This document shows, piece after piece, positions 36,074 through 46,815 of a stretch of 64,000 bases of DNA. The stretch's first letter is position 1. Each line of letters begins with the position of its first letter. Below the pieces are notes generated by a model. It worked only from the letters and a program-made list of their open reading frames with translations, was not told the origin of the DNA and ran no database searches. This DNA is from an uncultured Gammaproteobacteria bacterium (GTDB lineage Bacteria; Patescibacteriota; Microgenomatia; Levybacterales; GWA1-39-11): positions 426,375-490,374 of the forward strand of contig CAYVKP010000001.1 in assembly GCA_964452165.1 (NCBI GenBank). The letters are read 5' to 3'. A program made the position numbers and the translations under genes.

Positions 36074-37144
36074 ATGAGAATTGGGATATACGACCCTTAT
36101 CTTGACGATATGGGAGGAGGGGAAAAATATATGCTGACCATTGCACAGTGTCTGTCCCAAGACCATTCTGTAACCCTTTTTTGGAATGATAAAGAGGACC
36201 TTACGGCTGCAGCCAAACGTTTCTCAATTGATACATCAAAGATTGGATTCTCAGCGAACATTTTCAGCTCTAATGTAGGTTTTTTGAAACGGGTTTTGGA
36301 GACAATAAAATATGACGCGATGGTCATTCTAAGCGACGGAAGTATTCCATTTGTTTTATCAAAAAAAATCTTTATCCATATTCAACAACCAATTCCCGGA
36401 GCAAAATCGAGCCTAAAGACCAAGATCAAACTTTCAAGAATATCAAAGGTTTTTTGTAATTCATATTTTTCAAAGAGCTTTGTTGACAAGCAGTTAGGGG
36501 TAGATAGTGTTGTGGTTTATCCGCCGGTTAAATTATTCCCTAAGAAATTAAAAAAAGAAAATATCATTTTGCATGTTGGCAGATTCAGAGCAAGAAACAT
36601 AGGTGTGTCAGACTATAAAAAACAAGATGTCATGGTTGATGCATTTAAAAAAATGGTAAAAAAGGGATTTAAGGGTTGGAGATTCATACTGGCTGTAAGT
36701 GTAAACGCCGAAGAAGAGAGCGCTTTTGAGGAATTTAAGAAAAAAACTAAAAACATGCCGATCGAATTTTATATTAATAAATCAAATGAGGATCTTTGGG
36801 ACCTATATTCTAAAGCCAAGATTTATTGGCACGCCTCAGGTTTTGGAGAAAATCTTGAAGAGCACCCCGAGTACGCAGAGCATTTTGGGATTTCAACGGT
36901 TGAGGCCATGGGTGCGGGAGCTGTTCCCGTAGTGTTCAATGCGGGTGGACAGAAGGAGATTGTTGAGAACGGAGTCAGTGGATTGGTATGGGACAGTGTA
37001 GGAGAACTTGAAGAAAAAACGCAAATGCTCTCAAAGGAAAAATTAATTCTTGAAAAAATGGCGATTGAGGCAAAGAAAAGAGCCAAAGATTTTGAAGGAA
37101 ACAGATTTTGTGATGAGATAAAACGACTTATTGAAAATGGTTGA
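36074..37144 (+). CDS. GT4 glycosyltransferase
   Basis: GGGEKY, VGRF, EHFGISTVEAM..G. Confidence 0.9.
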   Translation: MRIGIYDPYLDDMGGGEKYMLTIAQCLSQDHSVTLFWNDKEDLTAAAKRFSIDTSKIGFSANIFSSNVGFLKRVLETIKYDAMVILSDGSIPFVLSKKIFIHIQQPIPGAKSSLKTKIKLSRISKVFCNSYFSKSFVDKQLGVDSVVVYPPVKLFPKKLKKENIILHVGRFRARNIGVSDYKKQDVMVDAFKKMVKKGFKGWRFILAVSVNAEEESAFEEFKKKTKNMPIEFYINKSNEDLWDLYSKAKIYWHASGFGENLEEHPEYAEHFGISTVEAMGAGAVPVVFNAGGQKEIVENGVSGLVWDSVGELEEKTQMLSKEKLILEKMAIEAKKRAKDFEGNRFCDEIKRLIENG

Positions 37145-39422
37145 CTTACTGCGAAAGAATTTATATCTGTTTCTTCTCATTTTTTCAATTCTTTTCTTCT
37201 TTCAAAAGATTTTTATATCAGGATTGCTTCCGGTTCCCACAGATACAATAGTAGGTCTTTACTATCCCTTCAGAGACATATATGCCAAGGATTATCCTAG
37301 AGGGATTCCGTATAAAAACTTTTTGATTACGGACCCCGTCAGACAAACTTATCCCTGGAGAACTCTAGTAACTGAAATGGAAAGAAAATTTACCTTGCCC
37401 TTATGGAACCCATATAATTTCGCCGGAACTCCCCTGCTTGCTAATTTTCAATCTGCTTCTTTTTATCCTTTGAATATTTTATTTTTTCTATTACCTACCT
37501 CAGCCTCCTGGACAATTTTGATTCTCAGTCAGCCGCTTCTTGCTGGGATATTTATGTTCTTGTTTCTCAATAATCTTAAGCTTAGAAAAGAGGCAAGTTT
37601 TTTGGGCGCAGTATCTTTTTCTTTTTGTGGATTTTTTATTGCGTGGCTTGAATGGGGAAACGTTGTAAGTACAAGTCTGTGGTTACCTCTAGTCTTATTC
37701 TCAATCGACAAGATTATTGAGAAAAACAAAGAGAGAAAAACAACATTGAATTTGAAAAGCATTGGTTGGCCTGCGGTTTTATTATTTTCATTGTTAAGCT
37801 CGTTTTTCGCCGGTCACTTGCAAATCTTTTTCTATATTTTAATTTTGGCTTCTTTCTACCTAGGCTTCCGTTCATTTAATAATAAGATTAACCTTATGGC
37901 CGTCATCCGCTTCTTCGCCGTTTTTATTGTTTTTGTTCTCGTAACATCAATTCAATGGATTCCTACTTTGCAACTCATATCTCTTTCCGCAAGAAACGCA
38001 GACCTTATAAGCTATAACTCTCCAGGGTGGTTCGTGCCCTGGCAACACCTGATTCAGTTTATAATACCTGATTTTTTCGGCAATCCGGCGACCCTCAACT
38101 ATTGGGGAGTTTGGAATTATGGAGAATTGATTGGATATGTGGGAATGTTCCCTCTTCTCCTTGCAGTATTGGCGATTATCTTTAGGAAGGATAAGAATGT
38201 TTTTTTCTTCGCAGGAGCTTTAATCCTCTCACTTATCCTTGCGCTGCCTACTCCCCTTGCAAAATTACCTTTTTTCTTTCATATACCGCTACTTGAAACA
38301 TCGCAGCCTACAAGGCTGATCTTTCTAGCGGATTTTTCGCTCGCAAGTCTATCTGCATTAGGTCTAGATTACTATTTAAAGAAAGGTAGGGGAGTAAATT
38401 ACATTTTAGGTATTTTTGCAGTTTTGTTCATAGGACTATGGGTGTTTGTGTTTGGCCACGGATTTAATCTAACAACCATCACAAATGTTTCTGTCACAAA
38501 ACAAAATCTTATACTACCTACGCTAATTTTCTTAAGTTTATTTGCAATTCTAATTTTAAGATCGGCAACAAGCAAATTAAAAACCCCGGCGTCTCAGGTT
38601 TTATTAGTCTTTTTGATTGGCATTTCTATATTTGATCTATTTAGGTTTGGCTGGAAATTTGAGACGTTCGCCAAGAAAGATTACCTCTTTCCCGGTTCTT
38701 CCGTTCTCACTTACTTACAAAATCAAAGAGAACCGTATCGAGTGATGGCGACGGATTCTCAAATCTTACCGCCTAATTTTTCGGCAGTGTATCATATACA
38801 AACAGCGGACGGTTATGATCCGCTTTATCTCAGGCGTTTCGGAGAACTTATGGCAGCCTACTCACGGTCAAGACCAGATATATCTGCGCCATTTGGGTTC
38901 AATAGAATCATTACGCCTCAAAGTGTCAATTCTGACATTATTAACTTGCTAGGTATTAAATATGTTCTTTCATTTACAGATCTGGATGCTGGTAAATTCA
39001 AGCAAGTATTTACGGACGGAACAGTAAAAGTCTTTGAAAACCGTAATGTCTTACCTCGGGCTTTCTTTGTTTTTTATGCACAAGTTGCTAGTAATAAACA
39101 GGACGCTATTAACGCATTGTTTGACAGTAAATACCCATTAACAGATAGAGCGATAGTGGAAGATCCAGGTGATAAAAATATTTTGTCAGGGCACTGGAGT
39201 AAAGGTACTGCGACATTCAATACCTATTCAGAGAATAAAGTAGTTGTTGATACCAAAAGTCCAGGAAAAAGCTTTCTTGTTTTGACTGATGCTTACTATC
39301 CAACTTGGCGTGCTAGAATTGACGGAAAAGATTCCAAAATTTACCTTGCGGACTATGCTTTTCGAGGAGTTATAATTCCAGCCGGAAACCATAGAATAGA
39401 ATTTTATAATACACTTTTTTAA
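37137..39422 (+). CDS. YfhO-family GT-C membrane protein
   Basis: DPVRQTYPWR, PLWNPYNFAGTP, GHLQ, PDFFGNP, GYDPL, YYPTW, FRGV. Confidence 0.82.
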   Translation: MVDLLRKNLYLFLLIFSILFFFQKIFISGLLPVPTDTIVGLYYPFRDIYAKDYPRGIPYKNFLITDPVRQTYPWRTLVTEMERKFTLPLWNPYNFAGTPLLANFQSASFYPLNILFFLLPTSASWTILILSQPLLAGIFMFLFLNNLKLRKEASFLGAVSFSFCGFFIAWLEWGNVVSTSLWLPLVLFSIDKIIEKNKERKTTLNLKSIGWPAVLLFSLLSSFFAGHLQIFFYILILASFYLGFRSFNNKINLMAVIRFFAVFIVFVLVTSIQWIPTLQLISLSARNADLISYNSPGWFVPWQHLIQFIIPDFFGNPATLNYWGVWNYGELIGYVGMFPLLLAVLAIIFRKDKNVFFFAGALILSLILALPTPLAKLPFFFHIPLLETSQPTRLIFLADFSLASLSALGLDYYLKKGRGVNYILGIFAVLFIGLWVFVFGHGFNLTTITNVSVTKQNLILPTLIFLSLFAILILRSATSKLKTPASQVLLVFLIGISIFDLFRFGWKFETFAKKDYLFPGSSVLTYLQNQREPYRVMATDSQILPPNFSAVYHIQTADGYDPLYLRRFGELMAAYSRSRPDISAPFGFNRIITPQSVNSDIINLLGIKYVLSFTDLDAGKFKQVFTDGTVKVFENRNVLPRAFFVFYAQVASNKQDAINALFDSKYPLTDRAIVEDPGDKNILSGHWSKGTATFNTYSENKVVVDTKSPGKSFLVLTDAYYPTWRARIDGKDSKIYLADYAFRGVIIPAGNHRIEFYNTLF

Positions 39423-39424
39423 TA

Positions 39425-40360
39425 ATGAAAATAGATGTTGTGATTCCAAATTATAATGGTTTCAATTTGATTGAAAAAAATTTGCCCATTTTGATCAAGT
39501 GCATTAAGAAATATGATGTTGGGAAAATAATAATAGTCGACGATTTCTCTGAGAGTGAGGATTACGATAAACTTGAGGAGCAAGTTACCGGCTTAAAAAA
39601 AGCTTCTTCCATTGATTTAGTACTTCTCAGGAATGATAAAAATATGGGTTTCTCATCAACGGTTGATAGAGGAGTTGAAGAGGCAAAAAGCGAGTTGGTT
39701 TTGTTGCTTAACTCAGACGTTTTGGTCCAAGAAAAATTCCTAGATGCGGTTTTTGAAGATTTCAAGAAAGATAAGAATCTTTTTGGTGTCGGAATGATGG
39801 ACAAGAGCATAGAGGAGGGGCGTGTAGTTTTGAGAGGTAGAGGGAAAGCTTCCTGGCAACGTGGTTTTTTAATTCACAGTCGAGCAGAAGTTAATGAAGA
39901 GAGTACGTTTTGGGTTTCGGGAGGAAGTAGTATTGTTAGGCGAGACTTATTTAATAAGCTTTCAGGCTTTGATAGCCTTTATAATCCCTTCTATTGGGAA
40001 GATATAGACTTATCCTACAGAGCGCAAAAGGCAGGTTATTCTGTAAAATTTCAACCAAAAAGTATAGTCGAGCACTATCATTTGCAAGGTGCAATTAAAA
40101 AAACATACAGTCCGCAGCAAGTTAAAAAAATTGCCTATCGTAATCAGTTTATTTTTGTTTGGAAAAATATTACGGATAACTCCCTAGTCTTCTCTCATAT
40201 TCTTTGGCTTCCTTATCATATATTCAGCGCCGTAATCCGATCAGATACCGCCCTTTTGTGGGGTTTCATTCTTGCATTTCTACGAATAGGAGCGATAATT
40301 AATAAAAGAAATTTGCAAAAAGCAATTTTCAAAAAAAAGGACACGGAGTTGCTTAAATGA
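39425..40360 (+). CDS. GT2 glycosyltransferase (WbbL-like)
   Basis: IPNYNG, NMGFS, LLNSD, YWEDIDLSYRA. Confidence 0.86.
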   Translation: MKIDVVIPNYNGFNLIEKNLPILIKCIKKYDVGKIIIVDDFSESEDYDKLEEQVTGLKKASSIDLVLLRNDKNMGFSSTVDRGVEEAKSELVLLLNSDVLVQEKFLDAVFEDFKKDKNLFGVGMMDKSIEEGRVVLRGRGKASWQRGFLIHSRAEVNEESTFWVSGGSSIVRRDLFNKLSGFDSLYNPFYWEDIDLSYRAQKAGYSVKFQPKSIVEHYHLQGAIKKTYSPQQVKKIAYRNQFIFVWKNITDNSLVFSHILWLPYHIFSAVIRSDTALLWGFILAFLRIGAIINKRNLQKAIFKKKDTELLK

Positions 40361-41076
40361 AGTTATCCATAATCATTCCCGTATTTAATGAGGAAAAAAC
40401 AATCTCCAAGGTTTTAGACAGGGTGTCAGAAGTTAGAATAAAAGGTACGGAAAAAGAAATAATTGTAGTAGATGACGGGTCAAGTGATAAAACAGCTTCA
40501 AAAATTAAAACCTATTTATCAAACAAAAACAAAAAAACGTTTAAATTCATTCAACACGAAAAGAACAAAGGTAAAGGGTCGGCTGTTCGAACGGGAATTG
40601 ATGCAGCAAGCGGAGACTATCTAATAATCCAAGATGCAGATCTAGAGTATGACGTAGATGATATTCCTAGACTTTTCTCAAATATTCAAGGAAAACTTGA
40701 TGTGGTTTACGGGACTCGGCTAAATCGCCTTCCGAGGCTTGGCGATGAAGAGAGACGTTTCCAATTCTTGGCTCATTATTTTGGAAACCGATTTTTGAGT
40801 CTTGTCACTAGTGTCCTTTACGGACAATGGATAACCGATATGGAGACATGTTATAAAATTTTTCCTAGGGCATCAGTTAAAAATATGAACTTAGTTTCAC
40901 GCCGATTCGATTTTGAGCCTGAAATCACGGCAAAACTTTTAAAAAGACGGTTGAAAATTAAAGAAATACCTATCAAGACAAACCCTCGCGGTTACGAAGA
41001 AGGTAAAAAATTGAATACTGTTCGCGACGGAGTGGTTGCTTTATGGACTTTAATAAAATTCAGATTAACAAACTGA
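40357..41076 (+). CDS. GT2 polyprenol-phosphate mannose synthase-like (DPM1-like)
   Basis: IPVFNEE, VDDGSSD, QDADLEY, TDMETCYK, FDFEPEIT. Confidence 0.88.
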   Translation: MKLSIIIPVFNEEKTISKVLDRVSEVRIKGTEKEIIVVDDGSSDKTASKIKTYLSNKNKKTFKFIQHEKNKGKGSAVRTGIDAASGDYLIIQDADLEYDVDDIPRLFSNIQGKLDVVYGTRLNRLPRLGDEERRFQFLAHYFGNRFLSLVTSVLYGQWITDMETCYKIFPRASVKNMNLVSRRFDFEPEITAKLLKRRLKIKEIPIKTNPRGYEEGKKLNTVRDGVVALWTLIKFRLTN

Positions 41077-43451
41077 TCGGAAAAAAGGCGAGTCTACTTT
41101 TGCTTTTGATCTTTTCCCTTTGTATTGTTTTTATCTTCAGGAATTATTTTTTCCGTAATCAGGTTCCGTTTCCTGCAAATTTATTAATGGCTTATTATCA
41201 GCCATGGAAAACCTATGGAGTTCCCGGTTATCCATCGGGACCACCAAACAAGCCAATAGGCTTTGATAATCTACGAATTTTCTACCCTCTTAGAAGAATA
41301 TCTATGGATGAGATAAAATCCTTGACTGTCCCTCTATGGAATCCGTATGTTTTCTCAGGCAACACCCTGCTTGGGACTTATCAATCTGCGATTTTTCATC
41401 CGTTAGGTTTTTTATTTTTGATTTTGCCCCAGATAGATGCATGGTCACTAATCATAATTGTATCGCCCATATTTTGTTATTTTTTCACCTACTTATATTT
41501 GCAGGAGTTAGGTTTATCAAAGACAGCCAGCTTCTTTGGTTCTGTGGTTTTTTCTCTGTCTCTTTTTTCTATAGTTTGGTGGGAAGAATCGTTTATGTCA
41601 TATTATTCATGCCTTTTTTTGCCTCTCGCTTTGTATTCCGTGGAGAAAATATTTAAGAAAATAGAGTGGTGGAATTTCTTGTTGCTTGTTGCTGCTCTGG
41701 CTTTTTCAATACTTTCCGGTTGGTTTCAAATGAGCATGTATCTATATCTCTTTGTGTTTTTATATTCCGGTTTACAACTTTTCAAAACCAAAAAAATTGG
41801 ACCATTGGTACTTATTGCAGCCGCATTTATTTTATCAGCTCTCATTTCCTTCATTCATCTTCTTCCGTCATTTGAGGCACTAAAGTATTCCCCACGTGAT
41901 ACAACTGATGTTCGGTACCTATTTAATGAATACCTCTTAAGACTTCCGGATATTGCAAGATTTTTAGTTCCGGATCTGCATGGAAGTCCTGCCACTTATA
42001 ACTACTTTGGTAGGGGGTTCTACTATGAGAGGGTAATGTACGTTGGAATACCGGCACTGTTTTTTATTCTATACGAAATGCTTACTGTTAAAGTTTCAGC
42101 AAAAGAATGGTTTTATAAAGCTGTTTCAGTTGTTTCTCTTTCTTTAGCACTATATATTCCAACATCGTGGTTTATTCTTTATAGCTTGGGTTTGCCTCTG
42201 GTTACAAAAGTTATACCCTCAAGAATTTTGTATCTTTCAATGTTTTCTTTCGCGGTCCTAGCGGCTTATGGTTTTGAAAAATATCTATCCAAAGTCGACA
42301 TGAAAAAAACCCTTTTCTCGCTTCTATTTATTGCTCTTGCCCTCTTAAAAATTCATATGCTTGCAAAAAACTCCGGCCCGCTACTTGAGATTCCACCTCA
42401 GGATCTTTCCATCTCTTTGAGAAATATTTATCTTCAGTTTGCATTTTTAGTTGCAACAAGCGTTTTTATATTGTTGGGGAGTTTTAAAAAAATTAAAACA
42501 ATCGCCGTGGTGTGCATAATCGCCGTTGCAATTGCCGGATCCTTTTATTTTGCAAATAAGTATCTGTATTTTTCCCAAAGACAATTCGTTTTTCCCCAAA
42601 ACCAAGTTTTCTCTCAACTTAAAAATGCAGGTATAGGCATAGACAGAGTAGTAAGCGCGGGCGATGCGTATGTGGAGAGAAACATGTTTGCATATTATGG
42701 TCTACAGTCACCCGAAGGATACGACTCCATTTATATATCCCGATATGGAGAGCTAATTAACTCTATGACTAAAAATGGTAAGTACTTCTCGAGTATCCCA
42801 AGAGCCGATGCCAAAATTTTTGTAGATAATAAGAACAGGTTCAACGCTAGCATTTACTACTCGCGTATCGCTCAGATACTGGGAATAAAATATGTAGTGG
42901 AGCCAGCCAAAGACGGACTTGCCCCAACTCCAAACTTCAAAAAAGTTTGGTCTGACGATAAATTTAACATTTCTTCTTATGACAGCGCTCTTCCGAGGTA
43001 CTTTCTTGCAGGCGATTATGTAGTCGAGAAAAATCCTCAGGCGATCCTAAATAGGCTTTACGATTCTAATTTTGATATTTCTAAAAAACTAGTGCTTGAG
43101 GAAAGTCTAGGAAAGCACTTGGATAGTTTGCCTCAGGGAAAAGTTACCCTAGACAGCTATAAGCCAAACAGGGTTCTGTTTGACGTCGATACGGAGGGTA
43201 ATAAACTTTTATTCTTGTCGGATAATTATTTTGCGGGTTGGAAGGTTTATGTTGATGGAGCCGAGAATAAAATCTACAGAGCTGATTATTCCTTCAGGGC
43301 AGTATTCGTTCCGAAGGGACAACATAAGGTGTCATTTATTTATGATCCAACAAGCTTTAGGGTTGGCCTTTGGGTAACTATAGCTTCAATTGGGGCAACG
43401 ATTGCTGTGGCAATTTTGATTAAAAAAAAGAGATATGGAATTTTTGAATAA
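41043..43451 (+). CDS. YfhO-family GT-C membrane protein
   Basis: PLWNPYVFSG, PDLHGSP, GYDS, LSDNYFAGW, FRAV. Confidence 0.8.
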   Translation: MDFNKIQINKLIGKKASLLLLLIFSLCIVFIFRNYFFRNQVPFPANLLMAYYQPWKTYGVPGYPSGPPNKPIGFDNLRIFYPLRRISMDEIKSLTVPLWNPYVFSGNTLLGTYQSAIFHPLGFLFLILPQIDAWSLIIIVSPIFCYFFTYLYLQELGLSKTASFFGSVVFSLSLFSIVWWEESFMSYYSCLFLPLALYSVEKIFKKIEWWNFLLLVAALAFSILSGWFQMSMYLYLFVFLYSGLQLFKTKKIGPLVLIAAAFILSALISFIHLLPSFEALKYSPRDTTDVRYLFNEYLLRLPDIARFLVPDLHGSPATYNYFGRGFYYERVMYVGIPALFFILYEMLTVKVSAKEWFYKAVSVVSLSLALYIPTSWFILYSLGLPLVTKVIPSRILYLSMFSFAVLAAYGFEKYLSKVDMKKTLFSLLFIALALLKIHMLAKNSGPLLEIPPQDLSISLRNIYLQFAFLVATSVFILLGSFKKIKTIAVVCIIAVAIAGSFYFANKYLYFSQRQFVFPQNQVFSQLKNAGIGIDRVVSAGDAYVERNMFAYYGLQSPEGYDSIYISRYGELINSMTKNGKYFSSIPRADAKIFVDNKNRFNASIYYSRIAQILGIKYVVEPAKDGLAPTPNFKKVWSDDKFNISSYDSALPRYFLAGDYVVEKNPQAILNRLYDSNFDISKKLVLEESLGKHLDSLPQGKVTLDSYKPNRVLFDVDTEGNKLLFLSDNYFAGWKVYVDGAENKIYRADYSFRAVFVPKGQHKVSFIYDPTSFRVGLWVTIASIGATIAVAILIKKKRYGIFE

Positions 43452-45090
43452 GATTCTTAAAATCATTGAAAAGAAAACTTACCTGCAAATATGCTTCTTG
43501 CTACTCATCGGATTAGTATTTTTAGTTCCTCTTTTTAAGAACAATTTTTATTTATCTCATGATGGAGAGGCGCAGGTTGCAAGATTTGGAGCTTACGTTA
43601 AGGCATTTGAAGACAAACAGTTTCCACCAAGGTGGGCAGGTGATCTAAATTATCGTTTCGGTTCTCCGGTATTAATTTTCTATTATCCTTTGCCGGGATT
43701 TATATCAGTTCCACTGAGTCTGTCGGGCATAGATCTTGAAACTACATTCAAAATTATAATCGGTTTTTCATTCGTCTTCTCCTTCACCTCATTTTTTCTT
43801 TGGATAAAGCAATTAACCCGCGATGTTATAACGGGCATATTTGGTGCGGCTTTGTACGGACTTGCACCATACCACTTCCTAAATTTATATGTTAGAGGAG
43901 ATATTGCTGAGCTTTTAGCTTTATCTATCGCTCCTCTAGTATTTTACTTTCTGGAAAAAGTCTTCACGACTCAAAAGATTAAGTTTGTGGCATTAACGGC
44001 ATTTTTTTATTCTTTGCTAATTCTATCGCATAATTCGGTCAGTCTTGTATTTTCAATAATTTTAGCTCTATACGTATTATTCCGTTCAAAATCCAAAAAA
44101 AATCTATTTTTGAGTTTTCTTTCTTTGGGGATTGGTCTTGTGGCTTCTTCATTTTTTTGGCTACCCGCAATAGTGGAAGCAAAATATACGAACTCAGACT
44201 TATTTATAGGACAAATGTTTAAAGATAACTTTCCATCCTTGCTGTCCTTGGTTTACTCCAGGTGGGGCTTTGGTCCTGAAGTTAATAGGGTGGGCGGTCT
44301 TTCTCCCCAGATAGGAACAATACACTGGTTACTAGTTTTATGCTCAGTGCCATATCTATTTAAAAAGACCAAGAGTGCTCTTAGCCTAAAATTCTGGATC
44401 ATAACATTTGTTCTACTCGTTTTTATGACTATCTCGTTATCGTCCCCGGTTTGGAAAGTAATTCCTCTTTTGCCTAAGTTTCAATTTCCATGGAGATTTA
44501 TAGGAGTTGCGGGTTTCTGCGCCTCTGTCATCGGAGCATTGTTCTCTCAAATGCTTACTAAGCAAGTTAAGGTTATTCTCTTAATTTTGATAGTAATATA
44601 CTCATTTGGTTTTTTGGTTCTAAAGCAAATTCCTAAAAAATCCGACTTTTTTTATTTTTCATACCCTGGAACTACTTATTATCATGGTCAAGCGAGCTCC
44701 ATATGGACCGCTGGAGACTTTTACTCCTTCCCAAAAAATAAGTTAGAAATAATAGGTGGAAAAGGTAAATTTACAAACCAAAATATAAAGTCCAACAAAC
44801 ATGATATATCTCTATCGGCAAAAACGGAGTTAACAATTCTTGATAATACTGTATATTTTCCAGGTTGGAGAGCAATGGTTGATGGCGTTAGGGTCCCAGT
44901 CGAATTTCAAGATATGAATCATAGGGGTCTCATAACATTTAAAGTCCCCAAGGGAATTCATAAGGTTAATGTCATATTTGGAGAATCGGCCATAAGATTA
45001 ATGTCGGATTGCCTTAGTCTCGTAGGATTTTTTCTGATAATATTGTTACTGTCTTTTGCTAGTAAGATCGATAAAATTTTTAAAAAGTGA
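43435..45090 (+). CDS. PTPS-related GT-C membrane protein
   Basis: SHDGEAQ, PRWAGDLN, APYH..YVRGDIAE, SHN, FQFPWRF, YFPGW. Confidence 0.8.
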   Translation: MEFLNKILKIIEKKTYLQICFLLLIGLVFLVPLFKNNFYLSHDGEAQVARFGAYVKAFEDKQFPPRWAGDLNYRFGSPVLIFYYPLPGFISVPLSLSGIDLETTFKIIIGFSFVFSFTSFFLWIKQLTRDVITGIFGAALYGLAPYHFLNLYVRGDIAELLALSIAPLVFYFLEKVFTTQKIKFVALTAFFYSLLILSHNSVSLVFSIILALYVLFRSKSKKNLFLSFLSLGIGLVASSFFWLPAIVEAKYTNSDLFIGQMFKDNFPSLLSLVYSRWGFGPEVNRVGGLSPQIGTIHWLLVLCSVPYLFKKTKSALSLKFWIITFVLLVFMTISLSSPVWKVIPLLPKFQFPWRFIGVAGFCASVIGALFSQMLTKQVKVILLILIVIYSFGFLVLKQIPKKSDFFYFSYPGTTYYHGQASSIWTAGDFYSFPKNKLEIIGGKGKFTNQNIKSNKHDISLSAKTELTILDNTVYFPGWRAMVDGVRVPVEFQDMNHRGLITFKVPKGIHKVNVIFGESAIRLMSDCLSLVGFFLIILLLSFASKIDKIFKK

Positions 45091-46778
45091 AAAAAATAAA
45101 TTTCTTTTTGGTCGCTATTTTTATTTTAGGATTATTGCTTCGCTTCTACAGCTTGGGAATTGTTCCGGCAGGTTTTCATACAGATGAGGCCTACTTTGGG
45201 TTGAACGCCTTTTCAATTCTTAAGACAGGAAGAGAAATAACGGGAGACTTTCTCCCTGTTCATTTAAGGTCATTCTTGTTTAGTCCCGCAGCATACTCTT
45301 ATTTCTCAGTCCCTCCAATCCTATTTTTTGGTCTAAACGAATTTTCAACTCGGTTTGCCTCTGCTTTATTTGGCTCGTTGACCATAATAACTACATACTT
45401 ACTTGTAAAAAAGCTTTTCAAAAAAAACGAAGGATCGGAAATTGTTGCCCTTGTGAGTGCATTGTTTTTGGCTGTATCTGCTTGGCATATAAATTTGTCA
45501 CGCGTCGCTACTGAAAACGTTATAGTAGTTTTTCTAATAAGTCTTGGAGTATATTTGTATCTTCTTTGGCAGGAGAAGAATAGACCCTCACTGTTCGTTC
45601 TAAGTTTTTTGTCCTTTTTCGTCGCGCTCTTTACTTATCAAGCACCAAGAAGTTTTCTACCACTGTTTCTTCCTCTACTATTTATATTTACTTACAAACC
45701 AAATAAAGGCAAAACCATAATGCAGTCGTCTATCTACGTTTTGTTAATAATCCTTCCTCTTATCTACATTCTGCTTTCTCCCAGTCTTTCATTTAGAATA
45801 AGGACCTTATCAATCCTGCAAAATCCCGGCACACAGCTTGTTCTTGAGGAGCAATTACGTGAGGATGGGGTCATGAGAGTCCCATCGGTTGTTGCCAGAC
45901 TATTCCACAACAAAGCCATAGATTACTCAACCACATTTCTACACAATTACTTCCAGCATTTCTCCTACGATTTTCTCTTTACGGATTCTGGTCTTCCGGA
46001 AAGATATAGGGTGCCTAATATGGGGCTTCTGTATCTTCTTGATTTACCATTCATCATATCCGGCCTTTGGAGTCTATTCACAAAAAACAAAAAAATGGCT
46101 TGGTTTTTTACAGGGTGGATTCTTCTTGCGCCTGTAGGAAGCGCGATGACATTTGACGATGTCCCAAATCTTCAAAGAACATTATTGGTTTTTCCTGCGC
46201 TGTCGATAATTGCTGCTAACGGATTTCTGTTTATAACCGAACAGATAAAGAAGCATAAGGTTAAGTACGTGAGGCTAGCGTATCCCTTGATACTTATTTT
46301 TATGGTCTATAATTTTGCATTTTACTTGCATTCGTATTTTGTACATCAAGTTGTGCATAGGCCTTGGCATAGGGAAGAAGGGTATAAGGACCTAATTGGT
46401 GTTTTGAATCAACACGAAAAGTCCTACAATAGAATAGTATTTACTGATGCCACGGGTAGTCCCTCAATCTTTATCTTCTTCTATAACAAATATAATCCTT
46501 CCCTAATTCAAAAAATCATCAAAAATAATACAAAGGGAGAAAATTACGGAAGTGTTTCCTTTGGTAAATATGATATAAGTCATGACGCGTGTCCCCTGAG
46601 GCAGTCAGTAGACGTTGACCCAAATACGGGCCTGACCACAACGAAAATAATAGGACAAAAAGGGGTTCTTTATGTTGACGAAGGGGAATGTAAACTTTCC
46701 GAGGAAGGGATAAAAAATATCTCTGTAATAAATAAGGGAGATGGAACAGCCGCCTTTAGAGTACTGGCTGTCGAATAG
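45087..46778 (+). CDS. GT-C ArnT/PMT-family glycosyltransferase
   Basis: HTDEAYFG.NA.SILKTG, RFASALFG, WHINLSR. Confidence 0.82.
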   Translation: MKKINFFLVAIFILGLLLRFYSLGIVPAGFHTDEAYFGLNAFSILKTGREITGDFLPVHLRSFLFSPAAYSYFSVPPILFFGLNEFSTRFASALFGSLTIITTYLLVKKLFKKNEGSEIVALVSALFLAVSAWHINLSRVATENVIVVFLISLGVYLYLLWQEKNRPSLFVLSFLSFFVALFTYQAPRSFLPLFLPLLFIFTYKPNKGKTIMQSSIYVLLIILPLIYILLSPSLSFRIRTLSILQNPGTQLVLEEQLREDGVMRVPSVVARLFHNKAIDYSTTFLHNYFQHFSYDFLFTDSGLPERYRVPNMGLLYLLDLPFIISGLWSLFTKNKKMAWFFTGWILLAPVGSAMTFDDVPNLQRTLLVFPALSIIAANGFLFITEQIKKHKVKYVRLAYPLILIFMVYNFAFYLHSYFVHQVVHRPWHREEGYKDLIGVLNQHEKSYNRIVFTDATGSPSIFIFFYNKYNPSLIQKIIKNNTKGENYGSVSFGKYDISHDACPLRQSVDVDPNTGLTTTKIIGQKGVLYVDEGECKLSEEGIKNISVINKGDGTAAFRVLAVE

Positions 46779-46815
46779 ATATCTTTTTGTGATTGTGGTA
46801 ACTTAAATAAGCACA

